Below, one piece after another: positions 17,194 to 26,836 of a DNA stretch of 64,000 nucleotides; position 1 is the stretch's first letter; every line of letters begins with the position of its first letter. This stretch comes from Roseibium sp. (GTDB lineage Bacteria; Pseudomonadota; Alphaproteobacteria; Rhizobiales; Stappiaceae). The position numbers and the translations under genes were made by a program. The stretch is taken from the NCBI RefSeq assembly GCF_048261595.1, contig NZ_JBLXFW010000007.1, positions 6,180 to 70,179 on the forward strand. The letters run 5' to 3'. The notes beneath the pieces are model-generated. The model saw only the letters and a list, made by a program, of their open reading frames with translations, was not told the origin of the DNA and searched no databases.

Positions 17194-17463
17194 ATGACCG
17201 GTGGCGAGGTACTCGATATCGCCCGTGAAGGCGTTTGGACCATGATACTCGTGGCCGGTCCGACCATGGTTGTCGGGCTTGTTGTGGGTGTCGTCATCGC
17301 CCTGTTCCAGGCTTTGACCCAGATCCAGGAAATGACCCTCGTCTTCGTCCCGAAGATCCTTGCCATCTTCATTACCTTGCTGATCACCATGCCGTTCATG
17401 GGCCAGGTTCTGGCATCATTTACCGCGAGAATCGGCGAGCTGATCCTCGCGTCGCCAGCTTGA
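17194..17463 (+). CDS. fliQ: Flagellar export protein FliQ
   Basis: ALFQALTQIQEMTLVFVPKI. Confidence 0.97.
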   Translation: MTGGEVLDIAREGVWTMILVAGPTMVVGLVVGVVIALFQALTQIQEMTLVFVPKILAIFITLLITMPFMGQVLASFTARIGELILASPA

Positions 17464-17479
17464 CGGGCCGGAGAGGCGC

Positions 17480-18253
17480 ATGACGCTGCAGCTCAACTTC
17501 CTGCCTGAGATTGCTGCGGTCTACATGCTGATGTTTGCACGCCTCGGCACCATGATCATGCTGATGCCGGCGTTGGGTGAAACAGCTGTCCCCATGCGAA
17601 TTCGCCTGTCGATCGCGCTGCTGCTGACCCTCGTCATGTACCCGATCGGCGTCTCGACCTACCCTGATGAGCTCTTGGCCAACCCGCTGCGCCTTCTGCT
17701 TCTCATGGGCGGAGAGTTCGTCCTCGGTTTCGTCATCGGGCTTAGTGCCAAGATGATCACTTTCGCCCTGCAGACCGCAGGCGTGATCATTGCCAGCCAG
17801 TCGAGCCTTGCCATGGCGCTCGGAACGGACGTGACCAATTCCGGCCAGCAGGGCGCGCTGGTGTCCAACTACCTTTCGATCCTCGGCGTGACGCTGATTT
17901 TCGTGACCGACACCCACTACCTGATCATTGCCGCAATGCATGACAGCTTCACCATGTTCCCGCCGGGCGGCTGGATGCCGGTGTCAGACTTTGCGGAAAT
18001 GGCGACCCAGACGGTCGCAAACGTCTTTTCCATCGCGGTGCGCATGAGCGCGCCGTTCCTCGTGGTCGGCATCGTGTTCTATTTCGGCCTCGGCTTGCTC
18101 AACAAGCTGATGCCCCAGATGCAGATCTTCTTTATTGCCATGCCCGTGAACATCGCGATCGGGCTTGGTCTCCTCCTGGTGCTGATGACGACCATGATGA
18201 CGTTCTACATGGACCATCTGAGAGAAGCGCTGGGCATGTTCGTGCTGGGCTAG
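17480..18253 (+). CDS. fliR: Flagellar export protein FliR
   Basis: FARLGTMIMLMP, PMRIRL, GLLNKLMPQMQIFF; highly hydrophobic. Confidence 0.95.
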   Translation: MTLQLNFLPEIAAVYMLMFARLGTMIMLMPALGETAVPMRIRLSIALLLTLVMYPIGVSTYPDELLANPLRLLLLMGGEFVLGFVIGLSAKMITFALQTAGVIIASQSSLAMALGTDVTNSGQQGALVSNYLSILGVTLIFVTDTHYLIIAAMHDSFTMFPPGGWMPVSDFAEMATQTVANVFSIAVRMSAPFLVVGIVFYFGLGLLNKLMPQMQIFFIAMPVNIAIGLGLLLVLMTTMMTFYMDHLREALGMFVLG

Positions 18254-18262
18254 GGGGGCTAG

Positions 18263-19342
18263 ATGGCAGAAGGTTCCGACGATTCGGAGAAAACCGAGGA
18301 CCCCACACACAAGCGCTTGAAAGATGCGCACGACAAGGGGGACGTTCCCAAATCCCAGGAGGTCAGCACCTGGTTCACGCTTGCCGGTTCGGCATTGTTG
18401 ATCGCCATTTTCGCGCCGACAATGGCATCCTCTCTGGCCGGGCTCCTCAAGGGGTTCCTGGAGCATGCCCACCAGATACCTGCCGATGGTCTGGCCCTGC
18501 GCGCCCTGTGGCGCGATACCGGTCAATCGATCGCCTTGATCGTGGGGCTGCCGCTTCTGGCGCTGGTCCTGATGGCGGTCGCGGGCAACATGGTGCAGCA
18601 CCAGATGGTCTTCACGACAGAGACCATCAAGCCGAAGCTATCCAAGATCTCTCCCCTGTCCGGGTTCAAGCGCCTGTTCTCCTCCGAAAGCCTCGTCAAC
18701 TTCGCCAAGGGGCTCGTCAAGATAACGGTCGTCGGTGCCATTATGGTGGCTGTCCTATGGCCGCACCGCGACGAGGCCGATACGATCATCTTCGCCGAAA
18801 CCGTGGTGCTTCTGGACGAGTCGCGCATGCTCGTTCTGCAGGTGCTGGCGGCGATCCTGTCGGTCATGACCGTTGTTGCAGGCCTCGATTTTCTCTACCA
18901 GCGGCACAAGTGGTGGGAAAAGCAGAAGATGTCGCTGCAGGAGGTCAAGGAAGAATACAAGCAGACCGAGGGTGACCCGCACGTCAAGGGCAAAATCCGC
19001 CAATTGCGTATGGAGCGTAGCCGCAAGCGCATGATGTCGGCCGTTCCCCAGGCAACCGTGGTGGTTACCAACCCGACCCACTATGCTGTGGCGCTGAAAT
19101 ACGAGGACGGCATGGGGGCGCCCATGTGTCTGGCCAAGGGAACGGATGCCGTTGCGTTGAAGATCAGGGAAGTCGCCAAGGGTCACGACATTCCAATTAT
19201 CGAGAACCCGCCGCTGGCGCGTGCACTCTATGCGACTGTCGAAATCGACCAGGAAATTCCGGAAGAACACTACAAGGCGGTCGCCGAGGTCATCGGCTTC
19301 GTCTTCAAAATGCGCAAACGCTCTGGATGGCGCGCGAATTAG
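18263..19342 (+). CDS. flhB: Flagellar export protein FlhB
   Basis: EKTEDPTHKRL, EYKQTEGDPHVK, NPTH autocleavage motif, ENPPLARALY. Confidence 0.97.
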   Translation: MAEGSDDSEKTEDPTHKRLKDAHDKGDVPKSQEVSTWFTLAGSALLIAIFAPTMASSLAGLLKGFLEHAHQIPADGLALRALWRDTGQSIALIVGLPLLALVLMAVAGNMVQHQMVFTTETIKPKLSKISPLSGFKRLFSSESLVNFAKGLVKITVVGAIMVAVLWPHRDEADTIIFAETVVLLDESRMLVLQVLAAILSVMTVVAGLDFLYQRHKWWEKQKMSLQEVKEEYKQTEGDPHVKGKIRQLRMERSRKRMMSAVPQATVVVTNPTHYAVALKYEDGMGAPMCLAKGTDAVALKIREVAKGHDIPIIENPPLARALYATVEIDQEIPEEHYKAVAEVIGFVFKMRKRSGWRAN

Positions 19343-19438
19343 GCGCGAATTGGGCTTGGATTGGTTGAATTTCCGGGCATTGCACAGAATGCTTGGCGTG
19401 GACCCGGCGTGTCGATTCGGGTCAGGGAGTTTTGGGGT

Positions 19439-21991
19439 ATGAATGATCTGGACGGCGCAGCTCTTGAGCCGATGATCGACCGGCCGGAAAGGACCGGAAA
19501 TATCTGGCTGCTGATCGGTCTGGCCTTGGCGCTGGTGGTCGCTGCGGCTGCATTTGCGGTGCTGGGCAAGGACCAGTCTCAGCCGTTCGTCCTCGGCCTC
19601 CTCGGCATTCTTGCGGTCGTCGGCGTTTTCTGCCTGTTCGCCGGTGCCATCGGGTTCCTGCGCTTCGGAACCGGACGCGGTGGCAGTCCGATCGCGGCCG
19701 CCTTTCTCAATTCTCTCGATGACGGTGCGCTGATCACCGATACCGAGGGACGCCTGGTTTACGCCAACCAGTCCTACGGCGATCTGACCGGTGCGGAAAC
19801 CGAAGCCGACATTCGTGTCCTTGAGCGCGTTTTCTCCAGCGATCCGGACGCTGCCGATGCGATCTTCCGTCTGTCACAGGCTATGCGCGACGGCCTGAGA
19901 GCGCAGGAAGAAATCCGCATGCCGGTACCGCTTGGGCGCTCCGAGGGCGGGGCGCGCTGGTACCGCGTATCGATCCGGCCACTGGTGCTCAAGCGGCAGG
20001 ACGGCGGCAGCGGAAAACGTCTGGCGGTCTGGCAACTGGCTGATATCACCCGCGACAGGGCCGAGCAGGAAAACTCGTTCCAGGAACTTCAAAGGGTCAT
20101 CAATTTCCTCGACCACGCCCCTGCCGGTTTCTTCTCCTGCGATGGTGCGGGTCGGATCGTCTATCTGAATGCGACACTTGCAGATTGGCTAGGTTACGAC
20201 CTTGCCCAGTTCGAAGCCGGAGAACTCGGCCTCGGCGAGATTGTCCAGGGGGACGGAACCGAGCTGATCCGCTCCGTCAAGGGACAGGCCGGCGAGGTCA
20301 AGAGCGAGACCTTCGATCTCGATTTCGTGGCAAAGAGTGGCCGCAGTTTCCCGGTTCGGCTGCTCCACCGCGTACCGTTCGGCGAAAGCGGGCATGCAGG
20401 CGACAGCCGTACCCTCGTTCTCAACCGTTCGCGCGGAGAAGAAGCGTCGGAAGCGCTGCGAGCGGCGGAAGTGCGCTTTGCCCGCTTCTTCAACAACACG
20501 CCGATTGCCATCGCTTCGCTCGATACGGAGGGCCGGGTTCTTCGCACCAACGCACCGTTCCTACGCCTGTTCGGACCGGTCGACCTGTCTGGGGAGCCGC
20601 CCAAGCTTGAGGACTTCATCGCCGCCAGCGGACGGGAAGAACTTGGCAGGGCGCTCTCGGCGGCGGCCAACGGCATCGGCGAGATCGCTCCGATCGACAT
20701 CCCGCTCAACGAGACCGGTCCCGACCCGCGTTCTGCGACCTTCTATGTCTCGGCCGTGCAGGAAGGCGAGGGCGACGGTGAAGCCGCCATCGTCTATGCT
20801 CTGGAGACGACGCAGCAGCGTGCGCTCGAGGCCCAGTTCGCCCAGAGCCAGAAGATGCAGGCGATCGGGCAGCTCGCCGGTGGCGTTGCCCATGACTTCA
20901 ACAACGTGCTGACCGCCATCATCGGTTTCTCCGACCTGTTGCTTGCGAGCCATCGCCCGACCGACCCGTCCTTCCAGGACATCATGAACATCAAGCAGAA
21001 CGCCAACCGTGCGGCGGGGCTGGTCCGTCAGCTTCTGGCCTTCTCGCGGCGTCAGACCCTGCGCCCGCAGCAGCTGGCGCTGAATGATGTTCTGGCCGAT
21101 CTGTCGATCCTGCTCGACCGGCTTCTGGGCGAGAAGGTCGAGCTGAAGGTCGTCCATGGCCGCGACCTGTGGCCGGTGATGGCCGATCTCAACCAGCTTG
21201 AGCAGGTGATAGTCAACCTGGCGGTCAACGCTGGCGATGCGATGGCCGACGGCGGCAAGCTGACGATTCGCACGGGCAACGTGACCGAGGCCGAGTCGAC
21301 CCAGTTCGAGAACACCCGCGGGATGCCTCCCGGGGAGTACACGCTGATCGAAGTCACGGATACCGGTCATGGCATGCCGCCGGAGATCATGGAAAAGATC
21401 TTCGATCCGTTCTTCTCGACCAAGGAAGTGGGCAAGGGAACCGGTCTCGGCCTGTCGACCGTCTACGGCATCGTCAAGCAGACGGGTGGCTTCATCTTCT
21501 GCACCTCGGAAGTGGACGTTGGAACCACGTTCCGTCTGTTCCTGCCGCGCCATATTCCCGCTGTCGTCGACGAGCCGGTCAAGGAAGTGAAAGCCGAACC
21601 GGAAAAGGTCGCGGATCTGACCGGGTCTGCTTCCATTCTCCTTGTCGAAGACGAGGAGGCGGTACGGGCCTTCGGTGCACGAGCGCTGGCGTCGCGCGGA
21701 TACACCGTGCACGAAGCAGGATCAGGCACCGAAGCGCTTGAGGTCATGGAGGAAACGGGCGGGAATATTGACCTTGTCGTCTCCGACGTGGTCATGCCGG
21801 AAATGGATGGTCCGACGCTCCTTGTCGAGCTGCGCAAGACCCGCCCTGATCTCAAGATCATCTTTGTTTCCGGCTACGCTGAGGACGCCTTCGAGGAAAA
21901 CCTTCCGGCCAACGAGAAGTTCTTCTTCCTGCCCAAGCCGTTCACGCTGAAGCAGCTGGCAACGACGGTGAAGGAAGTCCTGAACAGCTAG
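19439..21991 (+). CDS. cckA: Cell-cycle hybrid histidine kinase CckA
   Basis: Two TM helices, PAS domains, [40 protein letters not shown]-terminal receiver domain; follows flhB. Confidence 0.93.
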   Translation: MNDLDGAALEPMIDRPERTGNIWLLIGLALALVVAAAAFAVLGKDQSQPFVLGLLGILAVVGVFCLFAGAIGFLRFGTGRGGSPIAAAFLNSLDDGALITDTEGRLVYANQSYGDLTGAETEADIRVLERVFSSDPDAADAIFRLSQAMRDGLRAQEEIRMPVPLGRSEGGARWYRVSIRPLVLKRQDGGSGKRLAVWQLADITRDRAEQENSFQELQRVINFLDHAPAGFFSCDGAGRIVYLNATLADWLGYDLAQFEAGELGLGEIVQGDGTELIRSVKGQAGEVKSETFDLDFVAKSGRSFPVRLLHRVPFGESGHAGDSRTLVLNRSRGEEASEALRAAEVRFARFFNNTPIAIASLDTEGRVLRTNAPFLRLFGPVDLSGEPPKLEDFIAASGREELGRALSAAANGIGEIAPIDIPLNETGPDPRSATFYVSAVQEGEGDGEAAIVYALETTQQRALEAQFAQSQKMQAIGQLAGGVAHDFNNVLTAIIGFSDLLLASHRPTDPSFQDIMNIKQNANRAAGLVRQLLAFSRRQTLRPQQLALNDVLADLSILLDRLLGEKVELKVVHGRDLWPVMADLNQLEQVIVNLAVNAGDAMADGGKLTIRTGNVTEAESTQFENTRGMPPGEYTLIEVTDTGHGMPPEIMEKIFDPFFSTKEVGKGTGLGLSTVYGIVKQTGGFIFCTSEVDVGTTFRLFLPRHIPAVVDEPVKEVKAEPEKVADLTGSASILLVEDEEAVRAFGARALASRGYTVHEAGSGTEALEVMEETGGNIDLVVSDVVMPEMDGPTLLVELRKTRPDLKIIFVSGYAEDAFEENLPANEKFFFLPKPFTLKQLATTVKEVLNS

Positions 21992-22026
21992 GACGGCACG
22001 TCAAAGGCGGCCTGCCTGCGGAGGAA

Positions 22027-22431
22027 ATGATGAAGATCACGCCTAACGGAACCAACCCGACACGCACAGGTCCGGCCGACTGGTTCACCGGCATGGTGTC
22101 CCTGGATACTCCGTTTGCCGCAGGAGAACCGGCGGGATTCAGCGGCGCAGTGGTCAGCTTCACTGCCGGTGCGCGTACCAACTGGCACACCCATCCGAAA
22201 GGTCAGTTGATCATCGTGACGAGCGGGCTTGGCTGGGCTCAGAGCGACGGTGGCGAGATTCATGAAATCCGTCCCGGCGACGTGGTCTGGTTCGAACCCG
22301 GTGAGCGGCACTGGCATGGTGCGACCGATCGCACCTCGATGGCCCATGTCGCCATCGCCGAAGCCGAAAACGGTTCCGTGGTCGACTGGGCTGAGCCTGT
22401 CTCGGACGAGGACTATCTGCGCTCCGTCTGA
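22027..22431 (+). CDS. Cupin-domain protein
   Basis: FTAGARTNWHTHPKGQ...PGDVVWFEPGERHWHGA cupin motifs. Confidence 0.88.
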   Translation: MMKITPNGTNPTRTGPADWFTGMVSLDTPFAAGEPAGFSGAVVSFTAGARTNWHTHPKGQLIIVTSGLGWAQSDGGEIHEIRPGDVVWFEPGERHWHGATDRTSMAHVAIAEAENGSVVDWAEPVSDEDYLRSV

Positions 22432-22471
22432 ATGGTTTGTTCCGGCGAGCTGGGGCAGTGCCCCCGACCTC

Positions 22472-23275
22472 CTAAGTCGCCGGCTTTCTTGCGCAAATTG
22501 CGTAGCGGTGCTGTGTCGCCCGTTCCAGTCCTTTCAGCAGGCTGAAGTTGCGGGCCTGCGTGCGATGGATCCGGCGCATGTTGGTGTCGATTGCGATGCC
22601 GGTGAAGCCGGCTTGTTCCAGCAGGGCAGCTACATCTTGTGCGCGAGCGCCCTTTGAAAAATAGACCCGGGACACAATGCTCCGGTGGGTTTCCATCATG
22701 TTCGCCGGCTTGTGGCCGTCTCCACGGGCGCTTGATCTTGAGGCCATGCCCAGTATGGCCGAAATGCGCGCGATGATCCGGTTGAAAAGACCCGGATTGA
22801 CGAAGTCTCCATCGATGATGAGAACCTGGCCGCCTGGCTTGAGAATCCGGAACCACTCGTGGAAGGCCGCCAGTGGATCGACGAGGGTCCAGACTAGGTG
22901 CCGGCAGGTGACCACATCGTAGCTGTCCGGATTCTCCAGTGTGCGCTCCGCATCTCCCATGACGAATCGGATATCGCGCTTGCGGATTTTGGCCTTTTCG
23001 CGTGCCCGCTCGAGCATTGGCTCGGCCCAGTCGAGGCCTGTGACATGGAAGCCGAGATCGTCGAGGAGATGCGAAATCACTCCGGTGCCTGATGCAAGGT
23101 CGAGAGCAGTCCGCTGCTTCCCCGAACCGAGATGACGATGAAACAAAGCATGCCAGGCTGCTCTCTCGTCTTCCGAAAAGATCTCGTGACCAGGCTGGCT
23201 GTCGAACGTCTCTGCACGCTGACTCCAGTAATCTCTGATCTCGTCTTTCAGGTTAAAATTCGCAAGTGTTTCCAT
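22472..23275 (-). CDS. Class I SAM-dependent methyltransferase
   Basis: ALDLASGTG motif I, GDAE, YDVVTCRHLVWTL, LKPGG. The start could alternatively be 23284. Confidence 0.88.
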   Translation of the reverse strand: METLANFNLKDEIRDYWSQRAETFDSQPGHEIFSEDERAAWHALFHRHLGSGKQRTALDLASGTGVISHLLDDLGFHVTGLDWAEPMLERAREKAKIRKRDIRFVMGDAERTLENPDSYDVVTCRHLVWTLVDPLAAFHEWFRILKPGGQVLIIDGDFVNPGLFNRIIARISAILGMASRSSARGDGHKPANMMETHRSIVSRVYFSKGARAQDVAALLEQAGFTGIAIDTNMRRIHRTQARNFSLLKGLERATQHRYAICARKPAT

Positions 23276-23320
23276 GGGGTTCACGCCGGGCTGACGAGCT
23301 GGTTAGAAGGGCTCTAAAAG

Positions 23321-23378
23321 ATATTTCTTGACCAAATAACTCAAGAAATATAGCTCAAATTTAGGAGTCAAATACTCC
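23321..23378. promoter_or_regulatory. Two IRO/RirA-like operators
   Basis: ATATTTCTTGA-N9-TCAAGAAATAT (11-bp arms containing TGA-N9-TCA) at 23321-23351, and GGAGT-N5-ACTCC at 23364-23378. Confidence 0.6.
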
Positions 23379-23403
23379 ACTTTTATCAATTCTTCAATTC
23401 GGG

Positions 23404-24540
23404 ATGATCGGGATGAAAATCAGGGTTTGGGCAGGAGCCATGCTGTTGGCCGTCGGCTTTTTGCCTGTGGGCGCCAATGCCGCCGAAACCGTGACGGTGA
23501 CGGATATCACCGGACGCAATGTCGAGGTTCAGGTGCCGGTGGAAAAGGTCATCCTTGGAGAAGGACGCCAGATCTATTTTACCGCGACGCTCGACAGCGA
23601 AGACCCGTTCAAGCGCGTCGTCGGTTGGCGCGATGACTTCAAGAAGGCCGACAATGACGGGTATCACCAGTACCTTGAAAGCTTTCCGCAGATGGAAGAG
23701 CTGCCGACCTTCGGCGGTATGAAGGACGGTACGTTCGATGTCGAACAGGCTGTTGCGCTCGATCCTGACGTCATCATCCTGAACCTCGACGCCAAGGCGG
23801 CGACGGAAGACAGCGGCTACACGGAGAAGCTCGCCAAGGTCGGCATTCCGATCGTCTATGTCGACTTCCGCGAAAAGCCGATGGTCAATACCGAGCCGTC
23901 CATGCGTCTGATCGGCAAGCTGTTCGGGAAGGAAGAAAAGGCCGAGGAATTCATCAAGTTCCGCGCCGATGCGATCAAGGCCGTTACAGACAAACTGGCA
24001 GCCCAAAGCGATCTGAAGCGTCCGGTCGTCTTCATTGAGCGCGCAGGCGGCTACTCAGATGATTGCTGCATGTCCTTCGGCAACGAGAATTTCGGCAAGA
24101 TGGTCGAGATTGCCGGTGGGGTGAACATGGCAAGCGAGATCATTCCGGGGACCTTCGGAACGGTCAACCCGGAGCAGATCATTGCTGCCAATCCGGACCA
24201 GATCATCGTGACCGGCGCAAACTGGGAGCTTTATGTTCCGGGCGGCAACTGGGTCGGGGTCGGCAGTGGCGCGGATCCTGAAGTGACGGGCCAGAAACTG
24301 GCGAAGCTCATGGAGCGTCCGGGCTTCACCGGCGTCAAGGCGGTTGCCGACAAGAACGTTCACGCGATCTGGCACCAGTTCTACAACAGCCCCTACCAGT
24401 TCATTGCGGTTCAGCAGATCGCAAAGTGGCTTCATCCGGATCTGTTTGCGGATCTTGATCCGGAGGCGAGCTTCCAGGAGCTGCATAACCGCTTCCTGCC
24501 GGTCGACTACCGGCCCGGCTATTTCGTTTCATTGAAATAG
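23404..24540 (+). CDS. Iron-complex/cobalamin-type ABC transporter periplasmic binding protein
   Basis: Signal peptide, VTDITGRNV, EQAVALDPDVII, EQIIAANPD (class III/TroA-like binding-protein motifs). Confidence 0.88.
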   Translation: MIGMKIRVWAGAMLLAVGFLPVGANAAETVTVTDITGRNVEVQVPVEKVILGEGRQIYFTATLDSEDPFKRVVGWRDDFKKADNDGYHQYLESFPQMEELPTFGGMKDGTFDVEQAVALDPDVIILNLDAKAATEDSGYTEKLAKVGIPIVYVDFREKPMVNTEPSMRLIGKLFGKEEKAEEFIKFRADAIKAVTDKLAAQSDLKRPVVFIERAGGYSDDCCMSFGNENFGKMVEIAGGVNMASEIIPGTFGTVNPEQIIAANPDQIIVTGANWELYVPGGNWVGVGSGADPEVTGQKLAKLMERPGFTGVKAVADKNVHAIWHQFYNSPYQFIAVQQIAKWLHPDLFADLDPEASFQELHNRFLPVDYRPGYFVSLK

Positions 24541-24541
24541 G

Positions 24542-25615
24542 ATGATCGAGATGTCCGCAACCGATGCGGTCCAAGGCACAACGGGGCGCGGTCTGTACCG
24601 CGCCCTTGCGCTTAGGCGAATCCTCTTGCTTACCGCTCTCCTGGCTGCTTTGGCGTTGTCCTTCGCCGTGGACCTGGCGCTCGGACCGGCCAACTATCCG
24701 CTTGCGGACGTGATCTCCGCTCTGCTGTTTCCCGATGCCGCCGAGTTACAGATTCGGGTCGTCATCTGGGATATCCGCATGCCCGTCGCTTTGATGGCGA
24801 TTTCCGTTGGGGCCTGCCTGTCTCTTGCCGGAGCCCAGATGCAAACAATACTGGCCAACCCTCTGGCGAGCCCGTTTACCCTGGGCATTTCGGCAGCCGC
24901 AGGTTTCGGAGCGGCTCTTGGCCTTGTCCTCGGGGTCGCCATCATTCCGGCCGCCGTTCACTACATGATCCCGCTCAATGCGTTTGTCATGGCGATGGCT
25001 GCGTCCCTGTTCATCTATTTCTTCTCGACCTTCCGGGGCGTGACGGTTCAGACAATCGTTCTGCTCGGCATTGCGCTGGTCTTCACTTTCAACGCCCTTC
25101 TGTCGCTGATGGAGTACCTTGCGTCGGAACAGGCGCTTGCTGCTGTTGTCTTCTGGACGATGGGATCACTGACCAAGGCGACCTGGGGAAAGGTCTACGC
25201 GACCTTTGCCGTCCTGATTGTTTGCATCCCGTTCTTCGTGCGGAACTCCTGGGCTCTGACGGCGCTGCGTCTTGGCGACGTCAAGGCTCAGAGTTTCGGG
25301 GTGAATATCCGTTCCTTGCGCCTGAAGACGCTGATTGGCGTGAGTTTTCTTGCTGCCATACCGGTCTCGTTCGTCGGTACCATCGGGTTCGTCGGACTGG
25401 TCGGGCCGCATGTCGCCCGGATGCTGGTCGGTGAGGACCAACGCTTCTTCCTTCCGGCGGCTATCCTGTGTGGAGCGCTGATGCTGTCGGCCACCTCCGT
25501 CGTATCGAAGATCCTGCTGCCTGGCGCGGTCCTGCCCATCGGGGTCATCACCGCCCTCGTCGGCGTGCCGTTCTTCTTTGCTCTCATCTTCGCCGACCGG
25601 AGAAACTCATGGTAG
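24542..25615 (+). CDS. FecCD/BtuC-family ABC permease
   Basis: QMQTILANPLASPFTLGISAAAGFGA, IGFVGLVGPHVAR, LPIGVITALVGVPFF. Confidence 0.93.
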   Translation: MIEMSATDAVQGTTGRGLYRALALRRILLLTALLAALALSFAVDLALGPANYPLADVISALLFPDAAELQIRVVIWDIRMPVALMAISVGACLSLAGAQMQTILANPLASPFTLGISAAAGFGAALGLVLGVAIIPAAVHYMIPLNAFVMAMAASLFIYFFSTFRGVTVQTIVLLGIALVFTFNALLSLMEYLASEQALAAVVFWTMGSLTKATWGKVYATFAVLIVCIPFFVRNSWALTALRLGDVKAQSFGVNIRSLRLKTLIGVSFLAAIPVSFVGTIGFVGLVGPHVARMLVGEDQRFFLPAAILCGALMLSATSVVSKILLPGAVLPIGVITALVGVPFFFALIFADRRNSW

Positions 25616-26367
25616 CAATTACGCTGAATGATCTCGGCGCCCGCTATGGAGCAGGCCTGACCGTGGAGGGGGTCTCGACACCACTCCTGAAGGGCGGTGA
25701 ACTGACCGCAGTCATCGGGCCCAATGCTGCCGGCAAGTCGACACTGTTCAAGCGTGTCGCCGGTCTTCTCAAGGGCCCGGGGACGGTGGTTCTCGAAGAG
25801 GCGCAGGTTCCGGCGGCAGACGCCATCCGTTACATGCCTCAGGATACCAACGCCAACGCGGTCCTGACGGTCTATGAATCCGTGCTTCTCGCAGCAAAGC
25901 AGGGCGGCGGATGGCGGGTGCAGAACCACGAACTTCAGGAAATCGACCGGCTGCTGCAGGCCCTGCAGATCTCAGATCTTGCATTCCGCAACCTCGGGGA
26001 ATTGTCGGGAGGCCAGCGTCAGCTCGTTTCGATTGCCCAGGCGCTCGTGCGCGATCCGGAAGTTCTGCTGATGGACGAGCCGACTTCCGCGCTGGATCTC
26101 TATCGCCAAGTCGAAGTGCTGACGTTCATGCAGGATCTCGCACGGCAGAAGGGAATGCTGGTTCTGATCGCCCTGCACGATCTCAATCATGCCTTGCGAT
26201 ACTGCGCCAACACGATCGTGATTGCGGGCGGCCGCCTGGCGGCGGCGGGGCGCTCCGGTGACGTCATCACGCCCGAGCTCATGCGCGAAATCTACAAGGT
26301 TGAAGCCAGGATCGAAGCCTGTTCTCGCGGTGAGCGGCACATCATCATCGACCGATCAGCCGCTTGA
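25609..26367 (+). CDS. Iron-complex ABC transporter ATP-binding protein
   Basis: GPNAAGKST Walker A, LSGGQRQ, LLMDEPT, ALHDLN. Confidence 0.93.
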   Translation: MVAITLNDLGARYGAGLTVEGVSTPLLKGGELTAVIGPNAAGKSTLFKRVAGLLKGPGTVVLEEAQVPAADAIRYMPQDTNANAVLTVYESVLLAAKQGGGWRVQNHELQEIDRLLQALQISDLAFRNLGELSGGQRQLVSIAQALVRDPEVLLMDEPTSALDLYRQVEVLTFMQDLARQKGMLVLIALHDLNHALRYCANTIVIAGGRLAAAGRSGDVITPELMREIYKVEARIEACSRGERHIIIDRSAA

Positions 26368-26383
26368 GCGATCTGTTCCAATG

Positions 26384-26405
26384 ACGCCCGGATCTCTCCG
26401 GGCGT
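26384..26405. terminator. Hairpin after the ABC operon
   Basis: ACGCCCGGA-TCTC-TCCGGGCGT; no clear T-tract. Confidence 0.45.
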
Positions 26406-26432
26406 TCCGCTATTTCGTCAATTGTGGCTGGT

Positions 26433-26550
26433 TCAGGAAACCGGCAGGCCGGGGTTGCCGGGCAGCACGAAGCGCTGTTCCAGAGCCATGCGCGCGGTGT
26501 TGATCAGTGCGGCGTCCTGAGACGCCAGCGTGCGACATTGGGCGCCGGTG
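26433..26550 (-). pseudogene. Decayed 3' fragment of the lipoprotein gene at 30263-30751
   Basis: Translates TGAQCRTLASQDAALINTARMALEQRFVLPGN versus TGDQCRTLAVQDVAVINNARTALEQSFVLPGN. By hand, 26455-26550 and 30339-30434 match at 79 of 96 nt. Confidence 0.85.
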
Positions 26551-26836
26551 GATATCTGATTCGCTGCCCGACGGGTTGAGCCTGGTCCCTTTAGGTCTCC
26601 TGCGTGCTTTCCGGAGCGTGGGAATTGTCTCTTATGCCCTGCCAAGGCCTCGATTTCCTGAGGTATTTCCCGCTCGCCGGAAATAACTGCAACATGCACT
26701 TGCAAAAAGCTCGCTGAATCTAAAGAATTTGCGCTTCCTGGCTTATGTAGTTGTTTCCTCTTGATTATTTCCGTCTTTTTGAAAGTTTCGCAACGTCATG
26801 TAGGGGGCTGCCGAAAATTCGGTTGCGGGAGCATCG

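Noticed and set aside
23285-23403. Cobalamin riboswitch upstream of the ABC transporter
   Set aside because: The spacer is short and AT-rich and lacks B12-box motifs; DNA palindromes explain it better.
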